A stretch of 61,210 nt of DNA, the filler included, from Platydemus manokwari (lineage: Eukaryota), in NCBI GenBank assembly GCA_037951405.1. It is 4 parts of 4 records of this genome, joined end to end, with 100 filler letters (N's around TTAATTAATTAA, not from the genome) between each part and the next. Parts side by side here need not be neighbours in the genome. Positions count along the whole stretch, not along the records: positions 20,802 to 31,472 come from JBBMOY011114109.1; positions 31,573 to 41,328 come from JBBMOY011209210.1; 2 more parts are not named here. One strand, given 5' to 3'. The position numbers were made by a program, and so were the translations under genes. Of the stretch, positions 25,874 through 39,140 are shown in pieces; position 1 is the first letter of the stretch, and every line of letters starts with the position of its first letter. The notes beneath the pieces were generated by a model. That model did no database searches. It saw nothing but the letters and a program-made list of their open reading frames with translations, and had not been told where the DNA came from.

Positions 25874-28815
25874 TTAAATACGATAATGATTAGGTAATAT
25901 GGACAATGGTACCACATGATTGTTGTCGCGAGAAATAAAGTTTCGAATATAATTCAACCAATAATTCATAAATTCTTGATAATCAGAAGTAATTTTGATA
26001 GTTTTAAATCTCGTTAATTTTACATGATGCCGGTGACATTCGAGGATTGATCCTTGAAAACCAGCCTTGTATAGTAAATTGTCAATTGTTTCTACCTTCG
26101 ACCAACCTGCAATGACGAATACAAATTTATAAACAAGTAATTCTAAAATCATATTTATCGATCAAACTATCATTAATCAATACAAAGTCTTGATCTCTGC
26201 ATACAATAACAAAAAATTCTTTATATTAAACTAGTTTCGAAAACAATATAGAAAATAATCTTCAATAAAATACAATCAAATGTACAAAAAATATTTTTCA
26301 TTAATAATATTATCCTTGTAATGCATTCAAAATATCATGTTTTATTTTTGACGTTTGATTATGTAGTGCACATATTAAATAGCGCAACATAGTAAATTAA
26401 TGTGAACAAATATATAACAAACAAAATTTTATTAATGAAATTACATTCACATCTTAATAAAAATTCCCTCGTTAATAATTTCTAAATATTAACATCGATA
26501 TTACTTTAAGTTTTGCGCATTTTATTCGGTTATTTGTCCATTTAAAACGAAAATCCATAGTACGGGATAATAATTTCATTGGCATTAAAAGAAACAAAAA
26601 TGAACATTTATCCTAATGAAATGAATTCGTATGTAATAATGAAAAGTAGTGATTTTATAATACGGAAAATGTATCTCCCATATTTTAGTTAATTAATTCT
26701 CTATACATCCAAATTTTAGCCTTGTTTCGTGGACAAATATTCCTTTTTAACTTGTGGTACATCTTCAGATTAAATGTTCATAACTTGACGAAAATTAAAA
26801 ATAAAATTGAGTCCAAACATCAAATTCCTCGGTCTTTATGTAAAATATTCATTAACCATAATCATTGAAAAAGAAAAATGGCTCAAAAATAATTTCGAAA
26901 TTTTGATCGTTTACTATGGATTTACGTAGAATGATTTCTGACTATTTGTAACATTAATTGATTCATAACAATGTGGTCAATCATAAAAATTTTAGACATT
27001 TAGAAGCTAAATATATATATGCTGAATTGCAAATGTAGTCCAGACTAACAACTTAGTGGATATAGATTAAAATAATACCGAACATACATACATATTAACT
27101 AGTAATTTTTACTGCACTCATAACTTGTGTCCCTTCACAAATTAAGGAATTTCTTCAGAAGAATTTAATTATCTTATATCCCTACAATTAATAATTTGCA
27201 CATAGAAAATGCCTATTGTACATGTGATAACTGCAAAGGATTGAAACCATTGATATACTTCCGAAAAATTATTTAAAATGTGATAAATATCTCATATCAA
27301 GTTTCAATCATTTTTTGATTTCTTAAATCACGTTTTTGCTGATTTTAGTTAATCAAAAACCGAAAAAGTTGGAAAAATCATAAATTTTGTATAATAAATT
27401 AATTTAATGTTTAAGAGTACAAATTAATAAAATTGGATATTTAAAAACCTTCATAAGGTTTATTAAACAGAGAAATAAGGAAAATTATACCGAATATTTC
27501 ACAAATATGCCATTAATTTGGGGTTTTAAATGAAGATATAGATAGAATAATTACGTTTTCCAAGGACAGGCTATAGTAATGTAGAAAATGTGACATTAAT
27601 AAAACAAGCAGTTATATAATAAGTAGTTTTAATAAATTTAGAATTATAAGCAAAGATCATGCAGGTAAAAAAAACAGGGAAAAAACATTAAAACTTGGAA
27701 TAGAAAATACCCCAATTGATGATGTCAAAGAAATGTTGGAATTATGGCATTTAACGAATCGGTAAAAAATTCTGGCTAGAAAGAGCTGTGACGAGACAGG
27801 TACATTTTATGATTCCTTAAAAAATGAAGGTCCAGAGAATTCGCTTTCAAAATCGAAACCACTGCGAATAAAGACGAGTGTTCAAACTAATAGGCTAATA
27901 ATAAATAAGTGTTCTTTATAATTCGATTATTTGTAGAAAATTTCCTTCATTTTATAAATTTATTAGTCATTGTATTTAAAATAATCAAATTTAAAATTGA
28001 TATAAAAGCTCTACTTAGTTGTAAATGATTTTATATTATAAAAATAATATGATACAAATTAGCATGAAGCATTTTCTGTATTCTAATTCCAATTCCTAAA
28101 TCAATTATAATGCATAGAATACAATATCACCAGTGGAGATAAATGAAAACATCGCCTAAACATCAACCTTTATTGCTTTTATTATTAATAAATTTTTTAT
28201 TTAAAAATAATTTAAATTTTAATTATAAAATCAGTAGTTTCAATTAGTTCCAATAAAAATGTACTAACCGTTCTCAACGCATACTTCTGGCAAAAACAAT
28301 CCATTATGTGTATTATTTGGATAATCAAACTCTAGCCTTAAGCCATGGATTCCAGGCTGAACATATATTTAAATATTAAAAATTAAAATATATTCTTATA
28401 TAACCTCCCAATCTAAATAATTTTCAGTTTTTTCAAAACAATACAAAATAGATACTTGACAGATAATATAACTTAATTCTGATATGGTTATAGGAGAAAA
28501 TCTACTATCGTTAAATGCACTACAAGATATTCAATAAATTTTAATCAAATATTATAGTAACCTTTCCAGAGCAAAATACAAAATACTATTTCCAACCAAA
28601 CTGAAATTATAAGTCCCCAAACATCCTCTTAATTCATTAAATTTAGTTTTCCAGGTGACAAAAATAGGACTACATAATAAATCATTATTACCACGAACCA
28701 AAACGACATAACAACTAATTGTGTTTCAAGATTCAACGCTTGATATCATATTTATCTTATACAAATATGAAAATATGACCTCGAAGCAATATATAGCCAT
28801 ATTTCTAATTGACAT
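25874..28815 (-). CDS. AMMECR1: AMMECR1-domain protein
   Basis: Exons 28716-28815 (MAIYCFEVIFSYLY; contains a frame break), 28562-28669 (PIFVTWK..ELRGCLGT), 28405-28519 (AFNDSRFSPIT..YLDWE), 28269-28356 (PGIHGLRLEF..FLPEVCVENG) and 25874-26106 (WSKVETIDNLLYKAGF..VKLTRF). These match the AMMECR1 signatures LRGCIG, DSRF, GxHG, YLPEVA and W..TI..LL.K.G. Confidence 0.9.
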
Positions 28816-29556
28816 TTTATAAGTTTAATTTCATGAAGACCAACTGTAACGTTTAAACAAAGTAAATATTTTTATTAGGTGATTGATTGATTAAAAATTA
28901 TAAAATAATTTTTGATAGGAGTTAAATATTAATTCAAGCATTTGAGATTATATAATCATTTTTCGAAGAAAAAGTTCAACTATTAAGTAAAATTCAAAAT
29001 ATCAAAGCTTGAATAAATTTATATGAAATTTAAGTGTTAGGGTAGTATTGTTTAGATTTTACTTTTAATCTGATGAATTGATCATTGATCATAACTTTAT
29101 TAAACATTAGCAGATTTTAATTTAAATGTAAAGCCACTGATTAATTTGCTAGAACCAAAAAGTTTGTTACTTAATATTTTATGGAAAATCATATCAAGTC
29201 TGAAAGGTAATTTTAAATACAGGTTGGAATTATAAAAATCGGAATTTATAAATAATAATAATAATAATCTTTTTACTAGAGCTCTCGCACACTGAAAATA
29301 AACTTAAAGTAAAAGAATGATAACAAAGGTAACAATCATAATAGTGATGTTGGTACATATCCTACCTCTAAAAATATAACAATAATTATATTGATAAATT
29401 TCAAACTTTACAAAAGTTTTGTAACTAATTAATTTAGAAATAGTTTATTTTAAAAAGCAAAAGGAATTTATTTCGAGAAAATTTATTATTGGTTGAAAAT
29501 TGACAAAAAAGAAAAATGTAAGAAAGATAGGTCAAATTTATTCATATTGTTGAGTA

Positions 29557-30094
29557 TGTCATTAAAGCAAGCTAGATATATTCACGGGAAATCATATAAA
29601 TGACTCTCAAATGGTTAATATACACAGATTCGATGAACGCATTTATCAATAGGTAATCAGATACTTTCCATATATTAATCTATATGTAGAATTCAATAAT
29701 CAATAGACACAGACCAACAACAAGCAACAAACATTGAGATACTTCAACTGTGCGAAAGATACAAGAAAATTGGCTGTAAACATACTTGTGAACTAATGCA
29801 GCGAATGAAAAGTAAAGCCTTGAGACATCAAGTGAACACACGTTATAAGTCTCACGAACATCTGCAGCTTTTTTGGTCGCTAACTTTAACTGAGTGATTT
29901 TTATGTGATTTTCTTATAACTAGTCTCTACGGCTGTTACCTTTGTCGTTGTTTAACTTACTGTTTGCTGATAATATCTTGAGTTAATTATTCCTTTAACT
30001 ATTGCGAGCGCTTCTGGACAATGATTGTTTAACTATTTGGATTTTTGTAAAATCATTGTGATCGTCAATTACAATTTTGACAGTTGGCGTCAGT
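29557..30094 (+). mobile_element. 5' LTR with primer-binding site of a decayed LTR retrotransposon
   Basis: TGTCA (29557) ... TGACA (30082), followed two bases later by TGGCGTCAGT, a PBS-like sequence complementary to a tRNA CCA end. No intact ORF downstream. Confidence 0.55.
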
Positions 30095-31472
30095 AAATAT
30101 TGTAACAATATTTCTAAAAAACTTGTTAAAACAATATTAAATAATAGTAAAAAACACAATTGTATGATAATTTTATTTTACAAATAAATTTGGATTAAAG
30201 ATTTGGTTGTGAGATTAGAGATATGTTCTCTATGGTTAATAGAACTATTTACAAAAACGATGATAGTAACAAATCAATTGAAAATAATTATAAAATTTAA
30301 ATGAATATTCAGTTAGTGCTCCTTTTAGTTGAAGAATATAATATTAATACTACTTCAGAACAAGGAAATGCTGACATTGTGAGGTCTATCTAAAGGTGAA
30401 AATATCTAATAAAATAAATAAATGATAAACAAAACATTCATAAAAAATTCAAGTGCTTTACAATCCTTTTAGCAAGATTCAAGCTTTCCTTAATTGAACT
30501 TGGTTCAAATAAATTGTCCATTTTAATAGGGGTTTGAGACCAAGTCAATAGACATACGGTGACAAGGGACTTTAAAGAAAAAAAAAGGTCTATCTCTCCT
30601 CCATTGAGAGGCTTTCTTTTGAGAAAAATAGAACGAAATTTCAACAGTCACTAAAATAATGGTTTTGTCACTTAAATATAAAGCCTAGCTAGAAAGGACA
30701 GTTATAATATACAATCAAACTGTTCCCGGTCATAATTTCACAATAAAGTAGTAAGCTAAGTCTTCTGAAGCACACGTTTTAATTGTGCAAGGCAATTGAT
30801 ACCAAAAAGTTGATAAATCATTTCTTGGCATAAATTGGAAAAAAGAATCAAGTATTTATTATCAAAGATGAGAGTAATCAGTACGAGAATAAATTCACTC
30901 ACGAATTTGCGCATTTTCAATCACTCAAGTCTATAAGTTATTCTAAATTATTAAATTATTTTAAGTTTAGATCTAAAAATCCACTGTTTTATAGAAATAT
31001 GTTAATGGAAATAATTTTAATGATGTTGAAGAAACATTAAATATTAAGGAATTCGCATTTATTGATAAATTTTATTTTCGATTAAAAATAAGGAAGTGAG
31101 TAAGGAAAAATATCAATCATTAAAACAATATTAAGTTGATTTTAAGCTTAATAGTTTAAAAGAATATATTAAATGAACTCAGTTGTTTTAATATTAGCAA
31201 ATTTACTAGAAAATTTAAGATACGTGTATAGAATATTACCGAAATTATCCTTTTTATTATTATTCGTATCTGCTTTGGGTTATGAATCTGAGATTTACTG
31301 AGATTAATTTAAAATACTGTAGAGGAACATACGATAAATTATTATTTTCCTATGTAGGAGTTAGAGTAGGATTTTGAGGAGTGGCATGTGATAGAGCTGT
31401 TAATTTAAATAATGAAGTAACTAATAAAGAATTTCAAAATTTTAAAATATTAGATTAATTTGAATCATAGAG

Positions 31473-31572
31473 NNNNNNNNNNNNNNNNNNNNNNNNNNNN
31501 NNNNNNNNNNNNNNNNTTAATTAATTAANNNNNNNNNNNNNNNNNNNNNNNNNNNNNNNNNNNNNNNNNNNN
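31473..31572. other. Assembly gap with artificial TTAATTAATTAA spacer
   Basis: Same 100-nt N-linker-N structure. Confidence 0.98.
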
Positions 31573-34149
31573 TAAACAATGTAGAATGACTAAACAACAG
31601 AGCACAAAGAAAGCTTTAAAATGATATATTATATGAATAATTTTCATAAAATCTTCAATTTAATATTTAAAAATGAAAAGCCAATTTAAAAAAGGCCATT
31701 ATTTTTGCACCAACCTAATAACATAATTTGTCATACAAAAATGAGTGAGAACTTTTTACCCAACAAGTTGAATAAATCGAAAAGATTGACATGACACTAT
31801 AAATTAAATAAAATATCATAAAATGTGCGACAGATACAATCACACAACAATTTCAATATGCAGTACATTCAGTTAGATTTGATGGTTCGATTTCAAAAGA
31901 GATAGGCCTGAGTTTCTTTTCCCCGAGTCATCTATTGGGGCCGAAACGGTTTAAGATCTTTAATAAGTAGTGATATAAATTTTTATTTATTAAAAAATCG
32001 TAGATTAGCCGATACAAACTATTTAATTGAATTTTTACGAATTGACCCAATGAAATGAAAATGGTATATAATATGCTACACGAATATTCTTTCCAGCGAC
32101 GTAGGTTAAAATGATCAATAAGCACTTTTCTTTTCTATTAATTTTTTATACTCTTCTCCAAATGAGATTTTTCAAGTATTTAATTCCGCTGGTTATTTAT
32201 TAATTCTTCTAGGTTAAAATTTAATAGATGATTCCTTATTTATTTTCGGGATTTTTATTTTATTTGATGATATGGATTGATTATTCACATTTTTGTCAGA
32301 CGATTATTTCTGGTTTTTATCAGGATTTTCTTAGTATCGTTGGGTTATCAAACAACTATTTAAATCTGAAAATTTGTATTAACTAGAATATTGCACTCAA
32401 AGTCTCAATAATAACAATAACAAATCTCTACGCAACTCACAAAGAAAATCATTCAATATGGGATCAGCACCCGAACGCCAAAAACAGAATGAAAAATAAC
32501 CAAAAAGACTGATTACGGAAATCACACATAAGCTAAGCACTGAAGTTACTGGCCAAAAAAGACTGGGCTTTGTTGTCAAAAATTGGCTCATTTTATGATA
32601 TTCCTACACACATTATTATATTGATTAATTTAAACAATTGTTCTGGAATATTCTATTAATTTTTATTTTTTGATTTAACAAAATTATTAATGATTTTCTT
32701 TTAGAATATTTCGAAGTATATTTATTTAGAATTTTTTAAATAATTTTTAAAAGTTTTTATTTAAAAGTATTTATTTAAACTAAGCATTTTTCTAATAGTT
32801 AATATTTTAATTAAACTTTATATTTAGAGTTATTTTCTCGAAATCGAAATATAAAACCAAAATAAAAATATTAATAAAACTGAATTAACCAAATCCAAAC
32901 TAAATTAACCAACTATAATTAACCAATTATACAACTAAGATATTCTCACAACTACAATAAATTATTTTTATCAAGAATATAATAATACTAATAGCCATTG
33001 CTTCTACATTCATTGTCTTCTTTATAATAATAAATCCGAAAACATATAATAATAGTGAAAAATTAAATTTGTGTCCATTGTCAATTCCACACTAATAAGT
33101 TCGAAATAAGCTCAAAATCTCAACACTTGTACGTCATCTGTTGATAAGCCCTTTGTTTTTGAGTGTGTTTGCAAAAACGTATCTGATGGCAGTAAAAGTG
33201 ACAATGAGTTTTTTACGAACAATTTGTTGGATTTATGGATCATTTAACCTTTATCGAGTTCCAGTAGATATCCCTTTCGAAAATGCATTATTAGATTTCT
33301 TAGTTTATCAGAGACATTCATTCTATTATCCAGTTTGTTAGTTTGCCTTTTTTTATTGTTGATCCTGCTATAATTGTCAGTGCATTACCTGAGAATCATT
33401 TTAAATCCTCTAGTTCCCAAACCATGTTTTTAAATACTTGATTTCAATAACTTTTTTCCAAAATAGATACAAGTCATAATCAATAATTGAATTAGCCTTT
33501 CTATGGTTTCCTTTATCATCACTGTAAGAGATTCAACTTTTGTTAACCAACCGTGGTAATTATATATGCAAACTTGGTAACCATAACCGATTTCAATTTT
33601 CAAAGTTCCAGCTTATATTTTGTATAATTTTTAATTCTGGTGTTTTCTTGTAAATAGGTCCTGTTTAATTTAATTTTCCACCGATGTATATTAGTGGGTT
33701 TTGTTCGCAAGTCAATGGAGTAAATAAATTGCTCATAGATATTTAATGTTATTACTAATCCATTTTCATGCAAGCTTATTATTAGAATTACAGTACATGA
33801 TACATAACTGTGTCCTTTCTTTCTTCTTCCAAATCATTATCTTCTCTTATATATGAAGTTTTAAATCGTACTTTTCTCCGAGTTTAAATTTCTTATTTCA
33901 TATCTTTCTACTATTGATTAATAATAAAGAATTTTGATAGTGTCTAAGATATTAAAATTTTAAAAATGTATTATGGGAAACATTCCATAAATTTGTTCTG
34001 AAATTATAATTTTTTCTCCATTTTTTCATTGTATTCAATGTTTACCTCTTATTGTAATCCGAAAACAATAAAAATTCATAATTTATCTTTAGATTTCCTT
34101 TTGGTAAGATGGTTTCAATGAATTCAGTTAACATTGGCTCTATTTTGAT

Positions 34150-34340
34150 AGAAATTACAGGTTCATGTCAAATCTCAATAAGATCTTCGTGTAAACGCAT
34201 TCTTCTTAATGTTAAAATGTTCGAAAAAATGAAATTACTAAAGAGATTAATTTTATTAGCTCTAATTTATTTGATATTCTTACAAACCTCCTATCTGGAA
34301 GAGAAATCTATTGATCTTGTGCTGATGTACATAAATTGGT
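34150..34340 (-). mobile_element. Degenerate CR1/L2-like LINE ORF2 C-terminal fragment
   Basis: Minus strand translates ILTLRRMRLHEDLIEI*, resembling the L..RRLRGDLIE.YK motif of CR1-type RT C-termini. Disrupted by stops. Confidence 0.45.
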
Positions 34341-36887
34341 AAAGAGTAGATGGCAGTTTAAAATTTTAGATTTTGTGCTGGTAGCTCGTTTGTACATGCA
34401 CCAGGGTTCGTACGTAGCACTAAAATATGTTTACATTTATGCCTGTTGTGAAAAATTATAAATGAATTAAATTTTATAGATTAAACTCATATTTTATATA
34501 AAATAATAATAATTTGTTCATATAATTGTATCAAAATACATAATTTGATGTCGTGACTTTTCAGTTCGTTTTTAATGTACGGTTTTTAAAATAGTAGTCG
34601 CTTACAGCTGTAAAAGACGTCTTATAGTACTCTGGCAAATATATCACTTTCTGTGACTAGCATTGATGCCTCATGAACTTGACCTCAATGTGACCTCTTC
34701 TACTGCATTTGAAACATGTTTGTAATTATCTCATAGATGACTCGTTTTCCTGTAATTAAATGAAATTCAGATCGTTTGTGAATTATCTAGAACTCCTTGA
34801 ATTCTACTTGTTATTTGCGTAAAGAACGAACTGCAAACAATTAAAGTTTGTCACTGGTTGTTACTTTTTCAATGAACCCTTTACCTGGAATAGTAGAATA
34901 TTTACAAATATCTTTGTCAATTCTTGGTTTGCAGACTTTGTCGTATCACTGTTTGTAGATGAAGCTGAAAGTGGTCTCTTGACTTTCCTTATTTTGAGGT
35001 TTTCTGTGTCCATTGCGTAAGGTGTGCTTTGTTGAGACATTGAAGTGAATTTCATTTCATCGGTCATCACATTTTGTAAATTCGTAGCGATTGGAGTAAT
35101 CAATCAAAATTAAGGCTTCATTAATACAGTTTTCAACGAGTTTAAGTATTCCAAAACTTTTCTTGTTTGAGTTGCCCATTTGGCTTTTGATAAAGAAACT
35201 TTTTTGCTAACTTAGATAAGCTAACGATTTGCTTGTTTTTATGATATTGCGAAGAATTTTGTCAACGTCTCTACTTACTAGCTTTTTAAAAAACAATCTA
35301 TTTGTTGACCCCAGGTGATTTTCTGTCATTATTGATTTACCCATTCGTATACAGAAGCGCTGATGAAGCAATATGTTATAAAATCAAAGAATTCCACTGA
35401 CTCATCATTGTATTGTCCCACTGGAATTTTTTGGTAACTTGCAAAATCTGCTCTACCACATTGATAAAATTATCGAATCTAGATCTGCTACACTAGATTA
35501 AGATTTGAATTTGATTTTCATTTTCTTGTTTGTCTTTCATCATAAGAATTTGTTGAGTTTTGTTCAACAGTCTGGCTCACAGTAAAATGGTTACGTATGA
35601 AGACAGTCTAAATGGAGTAATAAATTATAATTAATTAAGTATAAAATAAGCCTGTTATTTGAAACAAAGTTGAAGTTATTCGCTAAGCTACTTTTCAAAA
35701 CTTAGCGACCATGCATGATTGACTATAGTTCTTTACTGTCTACTCTTTTTATACGCTACATTGCGAGCGTCATCTTGCTTACTGTCGGTAGGCTTCAAAT
35801 CAACGATTGTTAATTTGGAAGCCTATTTCAAGGATTTTAGCATTTAAAAGATCTTGTAATCGGATTTTATAAAAATTTGTTTTAATAATTGTGATTAAAC
35901 ATCAAATTATTACCTGACTTTCTAACTGTTTTAAATGACTCCTTTATTAAATAGCACCGACTATCACTGATTATTGATTTAGTGTGTGTTATCGGACAAT
36001 GCGTGCAACTTTTTAGACCCTTTTTCGAGGATTTTAACTTGATTTTTACATAATTTCCGGAATACTCTTCACTAAATTAATTTTTTTAAGCTATTTGAGG
36101 CAAACAACCCTATTTTGTGCTGTTTAATGTAAGCGCTAGGAGCAAATTTTGCTGTGGTGCGAACATCACTAGCCGTACATCTTTGGCTTTTTCAAATAAT
36201 TATTTTACAGTGTCATATATAATTTTTGGAAAATGAATTATTAAATTCTTATATTGGCTTACAATTCATTTAGAGAGGGGGAACGAATTCTAAACTATAA
36301 CTTAAACTATTAGATTTTATGCCATATAAAAATTTTATTTTTTAAAACTTGGAATAATATTTTTTATATTTTTATCTCCAAAACAAAACTTAACATAGAT
36401 AAAAATGAATAATTTTTTAAACACAAACCAAAATAAATTTTTACCTAACATCCAAAAAATTTTAAAAAATATAGGGGTGGTTTTTATTACAGTAAAAAAA
36501 ATATAAAATAAAAAAATGATAAGACAAAATAAGAAGATAGGTATAATTTATAATTAAATTGCCAATATAATTAAAACCTAACCTACTCTTACCATGAGAA
36601 CAATATAGATACAGAAAAATACAAAATAAACCACAAAAAACATTCTAAAAAATATATAAATTCTAGAAAATTTTAAAAAAAACTCCAGAAAACACCAAAA
36701 ACACTTCATGAGACACAATTTATAAATATTTAATTATTATAAATTCTTACTTTAAAATTATTTGCGGAATTAATCGATGATTTTGTTGCATTTTAATTTG
36801 TATTTTCATTTCAACCAATCGATTCATTCGACAATGTCAGATTCATTAGATAATTTTCAGCTTCATAATATTTATTTATTTTATATC

Positions 36888-37763
36888 ATGAATGTTTCAA
36901 ATACAACATCTAGACCAATTGATTCATCAGATAATATTGGATTGATAATTGGGTTGTTTTATTTATTTCTATTTTGTATTGGCTTTGTAATGAACGTTTT
37001 GTTATATATTTGGTTCAATAAACATTCAAAAGAAATCCTCGGACAAAGACAATCTTATCAGACAATAAGAAAAATCATGGCTATCACAGACGCTTTAACA
37101 GGGTTGTCACGAGCTATATTTATACTTCTGTTTGACGTTTTAGATATTCAAAATGGAACCCCTTATTTTATTATTATAACAATAAATCGAACATGTTTTG
37201 GGTGTGCAATATTTATTTTCGATATCTTAGCTCTCGATAGATTGATGGCAATTGTGAAACCCATATCTACATGGTGGAAGAAGAAAACAATCTTAATCAT
37301 TTTCATCATTTTCATTTCTGTATTTCAATCCGTCAACGAATTGTTTAATTGTTTGTCATATTTTAAGATTGTTCCTGACAATGTTGTGATAGTTTTGAAC
37401 TCAGTCACAAAATGGTATGCAAAGATTTTTATACTTTTATGTGGTGGGTTTAATTTTGCAGTGTATTTGGTAATTTGTGTTGTATTTGTGTGGCGATCTA
37501 AACGGAATCGACAAATCGATGATGCTCAAGGAATGAGAAACACCATCAAGTTAACTTTGATATCATTTGAAACGTCTGTGGTTTACAATTTGTTTCTCAT
37601 TCCTGTTTTGCTTTATTTGTTTCAGTGGAATATCGATTATACTAAATACCTAATGGATATCGCATATATAAATTGCTTATCAAACTTCATCATATTTTCA
37701 GCGCATAATAAATTTCTGAAAAACAAATTATTGTGCCGAAATAATATTATCAATTACGGTTAA
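36888..37763 (+). CDS. Single-exon rhodopsin-class (class A) orphan GPCR
   Basis: The 328-codon ORF opens at 36777; the likely start is M36888 (MNVSNTT, N-glycosylation sites). About 7 hydrophobic segments: TM1 IGFVMN, TM2 MAITD, TM3 LALDRLMAIVKP (DRY variant), TM7 YINCLSNFIIF (NPxxY variant). Confidence 0.88.
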   Translation: MNVSNTTSRPIDSSDNIGLIIGLFYLFLFCIGFVMNVLLYIWFNKHSKEILGQRQSYQTIRKIMAITDALTGLSRAIFILLFDVLDIQNGTPYFIIITINRTCFGCAIFIFDILALDRLMAIVKPISTWWKKKTILIIFIIFISVFQSVNELFNCLSYFKIVPDNVVIVLNSVTKWYAKIFILLCGGFNFAVYLVICVVFVWRSKRNRQIDDAQGMRNTIKLTLISFETSVVYNLFLIPVLLYLFQWNIDYTKYLMDIAYINCLSNFIIFSAHNKFLKNKLLCRNNIINYG

Positions 37764-38043
37764 ATTATCAAATCTCCGAATATTATGACTAATATAAAAT
37801 GATATCAATTATCTTGGAATATCAACTCTCGTTTATGTTTAAAATAATTTTGTTTTTTAATAAACTGGGCGTTATTTATTAGATATCGATCAAGAAAAAT
37901 TCATATTAAATATGATATTATTATTATTATTTTATTTATTACTACTAGGTGATAATAATATAAATGTAAGCTTATCATTATTAATATAAAATCAATATTG
38001 GTTATTAAAATTATTATTGCTAATACTGCCAATTATACATTCA

Positions 38044-38046
<3 letters not shown>

Positions 38047-38091
<45 letters not shown>
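38047..38091. repeat. (ATT)n microsatellite
   Basis: About 15 perfect ATT units. Confidence 0.9.
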
Positions 38092-38093
<2 letters not shown>

Positions 38094-38699
38094 TTTTTAT
38101 TACTGATAATTTTAAAAGTATTATCATTATATTAAAACTATATTATCGATATTTAAATTCAGTAAAACATTTTATAATCATGATTCCAATAACGAATGAA
38201 ATATTAACATCAAATAATTTCTCAAATTGATAAAGCGTTCTTTTCTTTTTTAAATTTTGCGGTGCCATTCGATGAATGTGAATTTAATGGTATTAATATG
38301 TTTTAGAAGCCCACTGGTCGGTGCCATGCATTCAATGTGAAATATCAGAGACCTGTTTGTGGGAACAATCCATTTGGACCACACCGAATTTGTGTTCTTT
38401 GAGCAAGATGAACAATATCAAAACTCGTTTTACATTGAGATCAACTAAAGTAAGAAACTTATCAATGAATTGTTTTGTAAGATAGTAAATAAATCCTCTA
38501 CGACTATTTAAACAAAATAATATATTTTGATTTAATAAATCGTATAAAACACATTCAAAAGTCCTCACATCCTTTTTTCTTAAAAATCGTTGCTTTCTTA
38601 TTAATTCCTGATTTTCTCAGAATCGAATTCTGTAAATATTAATCTAAATGAAAAGTTCTACATCTTCTCTCTTCTCTATGCCTTCTTTAAATATCCTTT

Positions 38700-39140
38700 A
38701 ATTCTTCTGTACATATTTTCTAAATCTTCCTGCTTCTCTACCATATTTCTATGCCATAAATACTCTCAAAATCGAGACCACATTCATTTTCGTCATGTAA
38801 GCCACTACTATTTCATAAAGGGCACATTGGAAACTGACTGAGAAGTTAAGACACAAAATTATATATGTCTCTACAATAATGACATTCTCTTCTGCAGTAC
38901 TCGTTCTTAGTCTTCTTGAACTATTTTTTAACTCAAAAAGTGTTCGCTATTCTACTGCAAATTATTTGGTGATCTACTGTACTCTCCGAAGGCTAACGAT
39001 GTTCTCTACTCCCCAACATTCGACAAGAAAGCGATGGATTCCGGTAGCCAAAAAGCTGTTTCGTGTTAAAGTTGCGACTAAGAAATTTATGCCGCATTGG
39101 TTTGCCTTCATCTTTCAGGCAAAATCATATAACCAACTAT
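38700..39140 (-). mobile_element. Possible degenerate non-LTR retrotransposon 3' fragment
   Basis: Minus strand gives FPMCPL*NSSGLHDENEC, resembling the C-terminal CPLC zinc-knuckle region of LINE ORF2. Multiple stops. Confidence 0.3.

Noticed and set aside
28726-28728. Selenocysteine or readthrough at the AMMECR1 TGA
   Set aside because: Simple readthrough leaves no phase-2 donor to join exon 2, and the position is not a conserved Cys.
33300-33480. Possible retroviral env fusion-peptide-like text (GNALTIIAGS)
   Set aside because: Frame-broken, with no furin site or supporting context.
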